Notes: a model not told the origin generated them from the sequence alone. DNA of 63,740 nt, filler included, from Octopus bimaculoides (GCF_001194135.2; 4 parts of 4 records of this genome joined end to end with filler, not necessarily neighbours in it); one strand, 5' to 3'; positions 12,614 to 24,710 are shown, counted from the whole stretch's first letter. Translations and numbers: made by a program.

Positions 12614-12972
12614 TTTTTCATTTGTTTCAGCTATTAGACTGCGACCATGCTGGAACATTGCCTTGAAGAATTTTAGTCAAACAAATCGACTCCAGGATGT
12701 AATTAAAAAAAAAAAATCCTAGTACTTATTTTATCGGACTTTTTCACTGACCCGTTAAGATACGGGGACGTGAACATACCAACACCGGTTGTCAAGCGGT
12801 GGCGCGGGACAAACACGGACTTAAAGACCCCCCCCACACAACTAGTTTCTTTCAGTTTCCTTCAACCAAATCCACTCAGTAGGCTTTGGTCGGTCTGTTG
12901 CCCAAGGTGCTACGCAGTGGAACTAAACTCGGAACCATGTGGTTGAGAAACAGACTTCTTAACACGCAGTTA
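12614..12972 (-). mobile_element. tRNA-derived SINE, family B
   Basis: GACTGCGACCATGCTGGA ... CCAAATCCACTCA ... GGAACCATGTGGTTG blocks shared with other family B copies. Confidence 0.85.
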
Positions 12973-13004
12973 CACCTGCGCCTAAACACCTACACACGCG
13001 CGCG

Positions 13005-13043
<39 letters not shown>

Positions 13044-14199
13044 GCATACACATATGTGTGTGTCTGTATATATCTGTATATGTTTGTGTGTGTGTATGTG
13101 TATTATATATGTATGTATATATATTGCTGTACTTTGGGACGGTCATTTTATTTATTATTATTTTTTTTTGCCAAATAAACACACGCACTATATATGTTTT
13201 TCTTCACTCGTTTATTACTGTTATTTTATTATTTTAACGCTTGTCCATTGTCTGGAAATTTTTCGTCACACATCTGTGACCTCTTCAGCGACACTTTTCG
13301 TTTCTGTGTGTGTTCTTGCTGTATTCACTCCATTCTGTCTTCTAAGATGTGTATCTTTATGCGTTTGTGTGTGTATGTGTGTGTGTGTGTGTGTGTGTGG
13401 TTGTGTGTGCGCGCGTGTATGTATGTATGTATATATGTATGTATGTATGTATGTGTGTATGTATGCTTGTGTGTTTCATAGTTTTTAGCAGCAGTGTGGC
13501 CTTCCCCTCAGCCCCAGCCTTTTACCCCATTGTGCTGCTGCTGTCCTAAGACCCGAGAAAAAAGAGAAAGGTACAGTTCCTGTAATTCCTTTGTGTATCT
13601 GTGTTCGTCCACGGTGTTGCCATCGTTGTAGTTGTTGTTATTGCCGTCTTCGGCACCTCTGCTGCTGCTGACCGTGTTAGTTGTGTTGCTGACAGCATAT
13701 GGCCGTCCATGAGGTTTCATGTGTGTGTGTTTGTGTGTGTGCATGGGTTCGCTTCGTATGTATCCATGGCCTTTATATAGTTTTATTTATTTATTTATTT
13801 TATCTATCTCTGTCTTACGTTTATGTGGCAGATATATTTATATATTCGTTTATCTATTTATATATTTATTTACTTATTTATTTATTTATTTATCTATCTA
13901 TTTTTTATGCATATATCTCTCTTTCTCATACGCATCACAGTTAAGTGCATATGTGTCTATTGTGTTTGTATTACTCTGTGTGTATCTGCGTATTATTTAC
14001 GGTATTTTTTTCTTTTTCCTCTCTCTTCACATCCCTACTGTTTTTAGTAATGTGGTGTGGTGATGTGTTACTGTTTCATTCATGTTTTCTATTGAGGTTC
14101 GGTCTGTCTACTGTTATGTGTATAGCTTCTGCAATCTAAGTGTCGTGTCAGTTTTATGTGTCGATAGTACTTTAACCTCTATGTTATTAATCGAGCCTC

Positions 14200-14460
14200 C
14201 ATATCCTGCCTGAGCATGTTGGTAGAGCATTGACAAGCTGACAAGCTTTTTCCTTCTTTGAGCTCTCGCCAATGTTCACCTATACGTACAGTCTCTCCTA
14301 TGTAGGTAGTTGCCATGTTTCTGCACCGTCCCTCAGTACATCGTAAGCTTATACACTACATTCCTAATCTTACAGTTAACCCGTGGGTTCATCCTACATG
14401 CAACACATTTGCACTCCGTACAGGGGGACTTATCAAAGGGATAGGTATTGCAAATTAGGG
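14200..14460 (-). pseudogene. Penelope-like GIY-YIG endonuclease fragment
   Basis: My translation, with one frameshift: CTECKCVAC..NCKIRNVVYKLT/C...TYIGETVRIGEH (VVY...YIG motif with upstream Cys cluster). Not in the ORF track. Confidence 0.75.
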
Positions 14461-15149
14461 ATTTTAAAGGAGCACCAAGCCTCTCCACTACTTTAATTCA
14501 TTGCTCAGGGTATCTTTGCCAATAAACCAATTCGATTTTTGACGTAGTTCAGATGTGTTGTTGCTTAGTTCCAGGTTATTTCTGATCCAGCAGACCAATG
14601 GTCGATTGTGTTTTATCCGTGACCGTCTTATTTGATATTTGGATATAAATGCATCTACGACTATAAAAAAAAACAAAAAAACTTCTGATGTGTCCTTCGT
14701 ATTGGTAGGGATGTTAGATGTAGTATCTGAGAAAGAAAGAGAGGGAGATAGATAGATATAAAGAAGGAGAGAGATAGATATAAAGAAGGAGAGAGAGAGA
14801 GAGAGATATTTGAATGCTGGCTTTCCTAGATGTTCTCTCATTGGTTTGCTCCTTGAATATTGTTACCGTTCGACCAACGAGAAAAGAACAGTGCCTTTGC
14901 TAAGGTACTTACCATTAAGAAGACAAAAGCGGTGAGCTGGCAGAATTATTATCGCGTTATAGGCTGAGTCTTACGACCTAGTACTTCAGGACTGTGCCGA
15001 CCAATGTCTTACGAGTGTGGAGATCCGACGCAAGCGTGCACGTGTGTGTGTGTGTATGTGTGTGCGTGTGTATGCGTGCGCGTGCGTGTGTGTATGTGTG
15101 TATGAGTGTGTACCTGTGAGTGTGTATGTGTGTGTGTGTGTGTGTGTGA

Positions 15150-15380
15150 AAGTGTGTGAGTCGTATCCCCCCCTCTGCAATCCAGTCTTTATTTTAACAT
15201 TGCTTGACAACCAGTGCTGGTTTGTGTCCCCGTCACTTTAAAGACCGACAGAATGAATTACCCCACTGAAAAAAAAGTACAGTGGTGGATTTAATTGATT
15301 AAATTTTTTCAAAGAGTCGCCCCAGCATGGGGCGGGGGCAGTCCAGTTATTGAAACTAGCAAAAGACTAAAAAGAGTATA
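15150..15380 (+). mobile_element. SINE family B 3' half
   Basis: CTTGACAACCAGTGCTGG ... CCCCAGCATGG ... TTGAAACTAGCAAAAGA. Confidence 0.7.
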
Positions 15381-15418
15381 CAGGTAGAAATGGATGTAAA
15401 GAGAGATACGTAAGCATA

Positions 15419-15741
15419 AATTTGTTTTGGGGGTTTCACTCCATTTACATTTACTAATTGGATGAAATATACATAACTTCACAAAAAAGGCATGTTGCTG
15501 TGGTTTTTGTCTGAAAGAAAANNNNNNNNNNNNNNNNTAAATTTGTTTTGGGGGTTTCACTCCATTTACATTTACTAATTGGATGAAATATACATAACTT
15601 CACAAAAAAGGCATGTTGCTGTGGTTTTTGTCTGAAAGAAATTTGTTTTGGGGGTTTCACTCCATTTACATTTACTAATTGGATGAAATATACATAACTT
15701 CACAAAAAAGGCATGTTGCTGTGGTTTTTGTCTGAAAGAAA
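15419..15741. repeat. 100-bp tandem repeat, 3 identical copies spanning a small gap
   Basis: Unit ATTTGTTTTGGGGGTTTCACTCC...GTCTGAAAGAA starting near 15420, 15541 and 15641. Confidence 0.9.
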
Positions 15742-16107
15742 ATCCCTTCATAGACGCAAAACGAACGTCGTCGCACCATTGACTAAAAGGAGAGTAATTC
15801 TTCACGGCTGTTACACTTGTTCCTTTGGTTTTCAGTAAGTGTAGTGTTGTGCATCGTGTCTGTATACATTAAGTAGGTTCGTGTTACCGAATGCATAAGA
15901 AAAAACAATTTGAATTATATGAACACTCTTCCCAGCGTCAAAAGTGTCCATGTAATTTAAACTTGTAACATTTCATATACGTTCGCCCACACGTACTTCA
16001 TCTGTATGTATGTATGTATGTATGTATGTATGTATGTATGTATGTATGTATGTATGTATGTATGTATGTATGTATGTATGTATGCGTGGATGTATGTATG
16101 TATGCAT

Positions 16108-16162
<55 letters not shown>

Positions 16163-16169
16163 CACACAT

Positions 16170-16581
16170 TCTTTTATTCTTTTACTGCTTTTAGTCATTT
16201 GACTGCAGCCATGCTGGAGTAGCGCCTTCAGTCGAGCAAATCGGCCACAGGACTTATTTTTGTAAAGTTCTATATTCAAGAGATGAGGAATTATGTACAT
16301 TTTTTACATTATTTACATTTGACGGATCATCATTATTTACATTGTCCTAATCTTGCTTGTTAACACGTTTCGGCTGGAGGGTATATCAGCCGAAACGTGT
16401 TAACAACAAACAAGATGAGGACAAATATCCGTCAAATGTAAATAATGTAAATAATGTTATTCTTTGTAAGCCTAGTACTTATTCTATCGGTCTCTTTTGC
16501 CGAACCGACAAGTTACAGGGACGTAAACACACCAGCATCGGATATCAAGTGATATTGGGGGGGGGGGTAAACACAGACACA

Positions 16582-16639
<58 letters not shown>

Positions 16640-16808
16640 CACATATATGTGACGGGCTTTTTTCAGTTTCGCTCAACCAATTCCACACACAAGGCTTTGG
16701 TCGGCGCGAGGCTAAGTAGAAGACACTTGCCCGAGGTGCCACGCAATGGGACTGAGTCCGGAACCATGTGGTTGGTAAACAAGCTACTTACCACACAGCC
16801 CACAGCCA
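16170..16808 (-). mobile_element. SINE family B with internal (CA)n, interrupted at ~16266-16456
   Basis: Full set of family B blocks, from the GTGGCTGTGTGGTAAG head (minus strand) to the CAGTCAAATGACT tail. Confidence 0.92.
16268..16456. mobile_element. fold-back Penelope-like terminal fragment
   Basis: Perfect 20-bp arms TTGTTAACACGTTTCGGCTG / CAGCCGAAACGTGTTAACAA around a 10-nt loop; imperfect arms extend from ~16302 to ~16453. Confidence 0.85.
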
Positions 16809-16844
16809 CTTCTATGGGTGTATATATATATATATATATATATA

Positions 16845-17155
16845 TCATCTTGATCACCTTAACCGACAAGTCCGTCGGGCATCCATTTGAGACCGCTGGT
16901 CACAGCACGCTGTCCACTTCTCTCTGGATCGCGCCTTCCTCATCCACGTGGTCCTAATCGCCCTCCTAAAATCGTAACTCCACCGTCGTGGAGGATTTCG
17001 GAGTCGTCGTTTCCGCTTGTGTTGTTTACCACTCGACAACTGCGAGGGTCCACCGATTGAGCCGGGCGACGTGTCCAGCTCATCTAAACTTGTTGCGATT
17101 ATATTCTACGATGACATTTCTCGCGCCAGACTTCTATTTAAATTTAGAAGACTTT
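16845..17155 (-). pseudogene. RTE-clade LINE 3' fragment
   Basis: NKFR*AGHVARL.NRWTLAVVEW / RNPPRRWSYDFRRAIRTTWMRKARSREKW, the RTE C-terminal signature (RWAGHV...GRPP.RW). Confidence 0.85.
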
Positions 17156-17659
17156 GTCTAGTATGTAGTCTTCATCCATTTGGAATTATCACTATTATCT
17201 AGAATACAGTTCACAATTCCCAATGGAGTTTCATGCTATTATGATATTGAATAGACATATTTATAAAATACGCCATGTATCTTAAAGCAATCTTTCAGGC
17301 TCTGTTTATGCGTTATANNNNNNNNNNNNNNNNNNNNNNNNNNNNNNNNNNNNNNNNNNNNNNNNNNNNNNNNNNNNNNNNNNNNNNNNNNTATATATAT
17401 ATATATTTAAAAACAAGAACGCTGAACAATAAGAAAATAAGAAAAAAAATAAATCGCGGAAAAAACGTGAAGAAGGTTGGGTACAAAAAAAAAAAAATGG
17501 AACGAGAAAAGAAAAACGAAATCAAGAAAACAAAGATCCTCTACCTCCCCGATTGAAGAAAGCTCCTTAAAAACAACTAGTTTAGAACAAAATAACAGAA
17601 AATATGTCAAAGTCTGCGCGACAGCAATTAAATCTGGAAAGGGTGGTGCCCTCCAATTC

Positions 17660-18110
17660 AATAAAAAAAATCTGTCCATGTGTCTATACCTGCTAAAAAT
17701 TTCAGATCTCGAATTAAGTAGTGTGTTGGAATTGCTGGATCTAAGAAGAATATGGAATCCTTCGTCTACGCGTAAGTTACATTTCTTAGATCCATTAGCA
17801 CATAGTTTGGATTTCTCCGCTATTTTCCTCTTAATTATATGTGGTGCGGAGCTGCTCTTCAGATTCCATACGTGGTTAGCCAACTTAGTAGCATTACTTT
17901 TATCGATGTGCCGGAAAGAAAATAGGTGGTTTGCATAGCATCTCTTGAATTTGCTCTCACATAACCCGATGTAATTCTTATCTGTAATTGATTCGTCTTG
18001 GAGCGTAGCTGTAACTTCAGCCTCGTATATGACGGACTTTATCATACACGCCTGGTCAAGTGGGCAAACTTTAGGGTCTTGACGGCTACAACTGGGAGAG
18101 GTATCTTGAT
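17660..18110 (-). pseudogene. Penelope-like GIY-YIG endonuclease domain
   Basis: CPLDQAC..SVIYEAEV...YIGLCESKFKRCYANHLFSF..TKLANHVWNLK...CNL...LLNSRSE..RH, within ORF 17407-18165. Confidence 0.92.
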
Positions 18111-18202
18111 GAATTTTGCGAATCATATTTATGCACACATGCATACACAATACACAATACTGCACTTCCCCGAATCACACCAGACTTGTAAATATTGGTT
18201 TA

Positions 18203-18411
18203 AAATTTTGGCATAATGCCAGAAATTTCGGAGAAGGAGGCTAGTCGATTACATCGACTCCACTGCTCAACTGGTACTTATTTTATCGACCTCGAAAGGA
18301 TGAAAAGCAAAATCGACCTCGGCGGAATTTGAATTCAAAATGTAAAGATGGACGAAATGCCGATAAGTATATTACTCGGCGTGCTAACGATTCTGCTAGT
18401 TTGCCGCCTTC
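18203..18411 (-). mobile_element. SINE family A
   Basis: Colinear with 680-875 over its full length. Confidence 0.9.
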
Positions 18412-19248
18412 AGACTTGTAAATACTCACTGAATGTTCCATCCATCATGACTCTTCATAAGGTTCCTTCATTCATCTTCGAAGTTACTGCAGAGGTATCT
18501 TATATTTTGTGAGATGTCATATATTCATGTTATCACGAACAATGCACGTTTGATACACTTCAAATGATTGCTGGAAATGAAAATGTTCAATGGCATCCTC
18601 ATTTTATTTCCTCGTGATCTAATGATTTGGTCATTACGTTCTTTCTCACTTCTGACACTTGTTAGCTCCCCACGCCCTTGCGATCTTGTCAACATTGGGT
18701 TTAATGCCACTAATATTGGCTAATTTAATAAGAGAGGAAAACAATTAGCTGATAGGGTTTATTACCTGTTGAAAGATAGAAAAAAAGAATACTAATTATG
18801 CCATGAATCCAGCTGAGCTGTAGAACGAGAAATAAAGGCCTCTGGCTACATTAAGTATTTCTTGACTGTGGTTGCAAGTAACAGCTCACATAGTTCTGAG
18901 TTTGAGGAAAGAATTAAAAAAGAGAGCAAGCAATGAGCACATTAAGATTTATATAGAAGACCAATTGTATCTTGAAACACACCAAGGTAAACAGTTTTAT
19001 AGCCTTGTTAAAATCAATATTACTTTATAGGCATCGATCTTGGCATATTACAACTATAACTGACGCTAAAGTCTCAGTTTTTCAACATAAAGCAATACAT
19101 AGAATATTAGGAATCATGTAGCAAAAGATCACGTGACCAGCAAGAGAGCAAGAGAGATAGTTGATGTAACACCGATTGCTAATTTTAAAATATTGTCGCA
19201 ATGGCGATGGTTGGGATACGTAGACACAGGCATGCAAACACAAACACA

Positions 19249-19309
<61 letters not shown>

Positions 19310-19375
19310 GCATACGCATACGAGATGGAAGTCTTGTTAGAAATGTTCTTAGTGGGCAAGCAGGAGTGAGTGAAT

Positions 19376-19437
<62 letters not shown>

Positions 19438-20449
19438 GAGAGAGAGAAAGAGAGAGAAGTAGGTGGATATATATGTGTGTATTACCCCCATACAACCCTT
19501 TTAAGCGCTTCCCTGATTAATGCTCATTCGTTCTTTAAAGGTTCATAACATTGTTTAGTTATGTTAAAACTTTTATGACAGGAAACAAGAAACGGGTTGA
19601 ATTTATTCAAGAATAAAATGAATAAAATAAACTTGTTCAAACTGCTGTTGTATCACAGGGGCACTTTATCTTCAGTCTGAAATTGTTTTCAAATCAAACA
19701 GCTGTTCTTCGTTCTTGTATTCATAAGACTCATTCCTTTCTCGAAATTTCTTCTGATAGTTCTGCTCGCTTTCTCTTCGATAGCGTCAGTAATCTGTATG
19801 TTTGTGTCCATTCATATTGGTTCGTGTTATCTGTTAGTTTCGACATCTTCCTTTTTTTTGTTCTTCTCTCATCCACATCTATTGGCATGGTGACATTGGT
19901 GATGAAGATGATGTGGTGTTCATGATGATACAAAAAATTATGTCTCAAATTAGGAAAATTTCTAGCTATGTTTAAGGTGGAATGTATTAATGCCAATACT
20001 AGATACATAATAAAATGATTGTAAAGGAATATAGTGTAGTTGGTAGCAACGATGTTGTTCGAGATAGCAGTTATGCACGGGGAGAAAGATACATTCGTCC
20101 AGCGACAAAAATAGTGATCTGGTACATGGTTCTTTGTCAAAAAACTGTGGACAAAGATAAAAAAAGACTTGCCTTTAGAAATGGCAATGACAGATGCACC
20201 TGAACACATGCATACATACACAACCACACTCATAAAAGTACTGATGATTGATAAATAAATAATTAAAGGTTGGTTATGGTATTGGTAGTGACGATGAAAA
20301 TTATTGGTGATGTGGAATTATAAATTGTAAATATGTTGATGGTGATGACACTAAAAAGGAAATAAGAATACAAACGCGCGCGCGTGTGTGCACGCATGCG
20401 CCGGTGTTTTTCTGAATGTTATTCATAAGGCTCTGCTTTTAAAATTATG

Positions 20450-20539
20450 TGGTTCCGGGTTCTTAGTGCATGGCACTTTGGGTAAGTGTCTTCTACAATA
20501 TCCCTGGACCGACCAAAGTCTTGTGAGTGGATTTGGTTG

Positions 20540-20609
<70 letters not shown>

Positions 20610-20624
20610 CATACATATATATAC

Positions 20625-20706
<82 letters not shown>

Positions 20707-20924
20707 ATATATGTACATGTATATATATAGTGAGAATTTACGAAAAAAAAACAAAAGACGAAGACGGGTGTGTAAACAACAAACAGATGTATTAGTTTAA
20801 TGCTCGGGAAGTAACAAAGTCTTTTACGTTTCGAGCCTACGCTCTTCAACAGAAAGGAACACAGAAATAAACAGGGAGAGAAAATAAAAAAGGTTTAGTG
20901 GCTAGCGACCTATCATGGCGACTC

Positions 20925-21007
<83 letters not shown>

Positions 21008-21245
21008 ATATGTGTGTGTGTGTGTGTGTGTATAATATGTGTGTGTGTGTGTGTGTGGGTGTGCGTGTGCGTCTTTGTGTCTATATTTATACCCCACCAT
21101 CTCTTGACAACTGGTATTGGTGTATTTGCGTCCTCGTAGCTTAGCGGATCGACAAAAGTGATCGTTAGAATAAATACCAAACTTTAAAAAGAAAATTCCC
21201 CATCATGCTTGCAGTCTAATGACTGAACCAAGTAAGAGATAAAAG
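20450..21245 (+). mobile_element. SINE family B split by microsatellites and a nested PLE repeat
   Basis: Head ATGTGGTTCCGGGTTC...GTGAGTGGATTTGG at 20450-20540; tail CTTGACAACTGG...CTAATGACTGAA at 21070-21245. Confidence 0.85.
20730..20925 (-). mobile_element. Penelope-like terminal repeat carrying a minimal hammerhead fold
   Basis: Minus strand CTTT-CTGTTGA-A-GAGC-GTAG-GCTC-GAA-ACGT-A-AAAG at 20821-20856. Confidence 0.65.
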
Positions 21246-22184
21246 ATAGAAAATGTTTACATATGGTGGATGTCACAAGAGTTTCTGGAGTCGTTCGTCC
21301 GAACCAATCAAATTCTCACATGCTACGCCTCCACCACATATATGAATGTAATTTATTTGCAACTTATATAATTCCATTCTGCTGCCAGCTGCAGAACCCT
21401 TGATTTCAGCACCTACTGACAGTTTCCCTCATCTCCTAGCGGTGCCTAGGAGCATTGAAACTGCTAGGGAATTTTCTCAAACAATATGCAAGTAAATATT
21501 TAGCTTTAATATTTTCGTATCTAATTTAGTTTTACGGTGTGCAGTGTAATAGTTCCATGTTTCAAACGCATGGTAAGCCTATGTGTGAATGTTTAACAGG
21601 TTGTGTCCAAGAGTTTGCAACGCTCAGTTTTTACAGTCAGATTTATAGATCACATTAATCATCCACAACATACTGGATAAAATTTCATATAGATATAGAA
21701 AACTGGTTATATAAACCATTCTCATATCGTAATAAAACGCCAAAGTTAACACACACACACATCAAATAATTAACATGTGACTAAGGATATAAGAAAAGGA
21801 AAAAACCTAACAGACAAAATTATGCCGCAACAAATCCACACGTGATTCCTCATACATAATGCTGACAGCCAGTAAACCTTTGGCGGCAAAGTCTATATAA
21901 ATTCAATCAGCATATATGAAACAAGACAAACACTAAAATATATTCAATACAGCTCTTGATAATAAGACTGTGAAGGTTTAGAAACGTCGGATATACGTGT
22001 AGGAACTCTACTGTTGAAAACTAATTGTAAAAAGCTAATAAGAAAATATGAAATATATGAAATAAAAAAGATAAAACTTGAACATAGTCGTGTATTTTAT
22101 GAAACTTGGATAAGAGAAACGAATATAAAATTACACAATTTATATATATCTGTGTGTGTGTGTGAGTACGCATACGTGAGTATA

Positions 22185-22230
<46 letters not shown>

Positions 22231-22786
22231 CGTATATATATATATATATATATATATANNNNNNNNNNNNNNNNNNNNNNNNNNNNNNNNNNNNNNNNNN
22301 NNNNNNNNNNNNNNNNNNNNNNNNNNNNNNNNNNNNNNNNNNNNNNNNNNNNNNNNNNNNNNNNNNNNNNNNNNNNNNNNNNNNNNNNNNNNNNNNNNNN
22401 NNNNNNNNNNNNNNNNNNNNNNNNNNNNNNNNNNNNNNNNNNNNNNNNNNNNNNNNNNNNNNNNNNNNNNNNNNNNNNNNNNNNNNNNNNNNNNNNNNNN
22501 NNNNNNNNNNNNNNNNNNNNNNNNNNNNNNNNNNNNNNNNNNNNNNNNNNNNNNNNNNNNNNNNNNNNNNNNNNNNNNNNNNNNNNNNNNNNNNNNNNNN
22601 NNNNNNNNNNNNNNNNNNNNNNNNNNNNNNNNNNNNNNNNNNNNNNNNNNNNNNNNNNNNNNNNNNNNNNNNNNNNNNNNNNNNNNNNNNNNNNNNNNNN
22701 NNNNNNNNNNNNNNNNATATATATATATATATATATATATATACGCCTGCTATCAAAATTTTCCGCGTGTATATGTGCATGTATTA

Positions 22787-22823
<37 letters not shown>

Positions 22824-23005
22824 TGCATACACGCAGAAAATTTTGATGGTGACTAAAAACACATGATTATATATCGAATAATCTGTGTAAAGTTATATAT
22901 ATATATATATGTATTTATGTATATATATATGTGTGTGTATGCACATATATGGATATATGCATATTTATATATTTACACACACATATATACATATTATACA
23001 CACAC

Positions 23006-23061
<56 letters not shown>

Positions 23062-23534
23062 TCTAATATTATTTATATATATGCAGACATGAAGAAACAC
23101 CATAATTATGATAAAAAAAAGTATCTTTGAGTAGACTTGGAGCAGATATATAATTCTCTGCAATAGTAAACAAAGTAGATGAAAAAAATGTCAAAGGTAA
23201 AGTTGATTATAATGGTGGCACTGTTTGATAAGTATTTCGTGATGAAAGTATGAAGACTTAGCGAGCTGCGATGACAGTGTTGGTATTGACGATGACGATG
23301 GTGGCTATGAGTATTATGTTGATGATGACTACTATCTTAAGAATGACAGTAACAACATCGTCATCATCCCCCATTGAAATCTGATCATTGATACGAACCA
23401 TGCTGTATATATATACATACACCATCATTACCATCATCATCATGGCCATTGTTAGTGTCGTCACGATTTTATTTTCAATCTATTATTTTTCGACAACTTT
23501 ACTGCATTAATATGTAAACATGGAATATATGTTA

Positions 23535-23990
23535 CTAGCAGGATACATTGCATTGGCCGGGAATGAAACTTCTTAGTAGGGGGGTGGGGAGGAATTTCTT
23601 GAAAAAGCATCATGATAATTTCAATTCTGCTCATATTTATTGAAACACAACAATAATATCATTTAGAACAGAGGTATATGGTAATATATATATATGAAAA
23701 AAGAAAAAAGACCCCTATCAAAACAGAGCCAGAAATTATTACTTCTGGCAAACATGGATAAAAAAATTTCAGCGAAGGGTTTTATTGTAAACAACATTCG
23801 TAGTTGTCCATCTTGTGCATTAATATAAGGATTCTTTCGGTTTCCAAACTCATGGATATCCAACATGTAGAGAAGCAGTGGTCTTCGAGCATTTGGCCTT
23901 GGTATTTGTTGATGGACATTGAGAACATTGGGTGTGTGAGTGTTTGATGTAGTCCCCAAAGTGGGCGATGGAAAGATCCAGCAGGCTGTT
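23535..23990 (-). mobile_element. Helitron 3' end (PIF1-helicase C-terminus plus CTAG terminus)
   Basis: Frameshifted MFSMSINKYQGQML..HCFS / LLYM...GNRKNPYINAQDGQ resembles AMTINKSQGQTL..FSHGQLYV..SRV. It ends in a degenerate hairpin CCCGGCCAATGCAATGT, then CTAG followed by T (23535-23538). Confidence 0.8.
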
Positions 23991-24188
23991 GAAGAAAAGT
24001 GGGGCGATAATCGGGGAGCAAAAGGGGTGCAATAGATTTAAAAACAGCAAAATAATGGGTTAATGAGGTTAAGTTTATTTGTGAATTACAATTCTTTCGA
24101 ATTTCCTGCAGAAAGTGGTCTATGTTTGTGGTGGTGAGTGGGAGTGGGATGCGATCTGAGCGTCAAGGGGGGGGGGGCAGCAATCCCC

Positions 24189-24208
24189 AAAAAGTTTGGG
24201 AACCACTG
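24189..24208. mobile_element. solo hAT-type terminal inverted repeat
   Basis: AAAAAGTTTGGGAACCACTG (reverse complement CAGTGGTTCCCAAAC) followed by ATCTAGTC, like the TCTAG target preference of Charlie-type hATs; partner TIR not found. Confidence 0.55.
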
Positions 24209-24269
24209 ATCTAGTCGAAGGTGTGGAAGAAAAGAGGCCGGCCGGCAGGCGTTTCGGCCGCCGGATCGA

Positions 24270-24353
24270 GCGCGTGTGTGTTAGGCGCCAAGAGATTTCT
24301 CTCGACGTGAGAGCGAGGGCGTGGAACGAATCGCGGGTAAACGGCGGGAGTAA
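24270..24353 (+). other. 28S rRNA-like fragment (helix 68-69 region) within a CpG-rich patch
   Basis: CGCGGGTAAACGGCGGGAGTAA (24332-24353) equals the conserved eukaryotic 28S sequence as I recall it; weaker upstream similarity (GTGTT..CGC..GATTTCT). Confidence 0.5.
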
Positions 24354-24398
24354 GTCGGACACGTATTCGGCCACCACCGAATTGAGGCNNNNNNNNNN

Positions 24399-24710
24399 AA
24401 TTAACGTGCAAGTGGCTGAGCACTCCACAGACACGTGCACCCTTAACGTAGTTCTCGGGGATATTCAGCGTGACACAGTGTAACAAGGCTGACCCTTTGA
24501 ATTACAGGCACAAGAGAAACAGGAAGTAAGAGTGAGAGAAAGTTGTGGTGAAACAGTACAGCAGGGTTCACCACCATCCCCTGCCGGAGCCTCGTGGAGC
24601 TTTAGGTGTTCTCGCTCAATAAACACTCACAACGCCTGGTCTGGGAATCGAAACCGCGATCCTATGACCGCAAGTCCGCTGCCCTAACCAATAGGCAATT
24701 GCGCCTCCAC
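24399..24710 (-). mobile_element. tRNA-derived SINE, family C (3' end lost in a gap)
   Basis: Reverse complement of 27723-28040 at high identity. Confidence 0.93.

Noticed and set aside
19730-20233. 167-aa minus-strand ORF
   Set aside because: TTG-started, AT-rich, no recognisable motif; consistent with a chance ORF.
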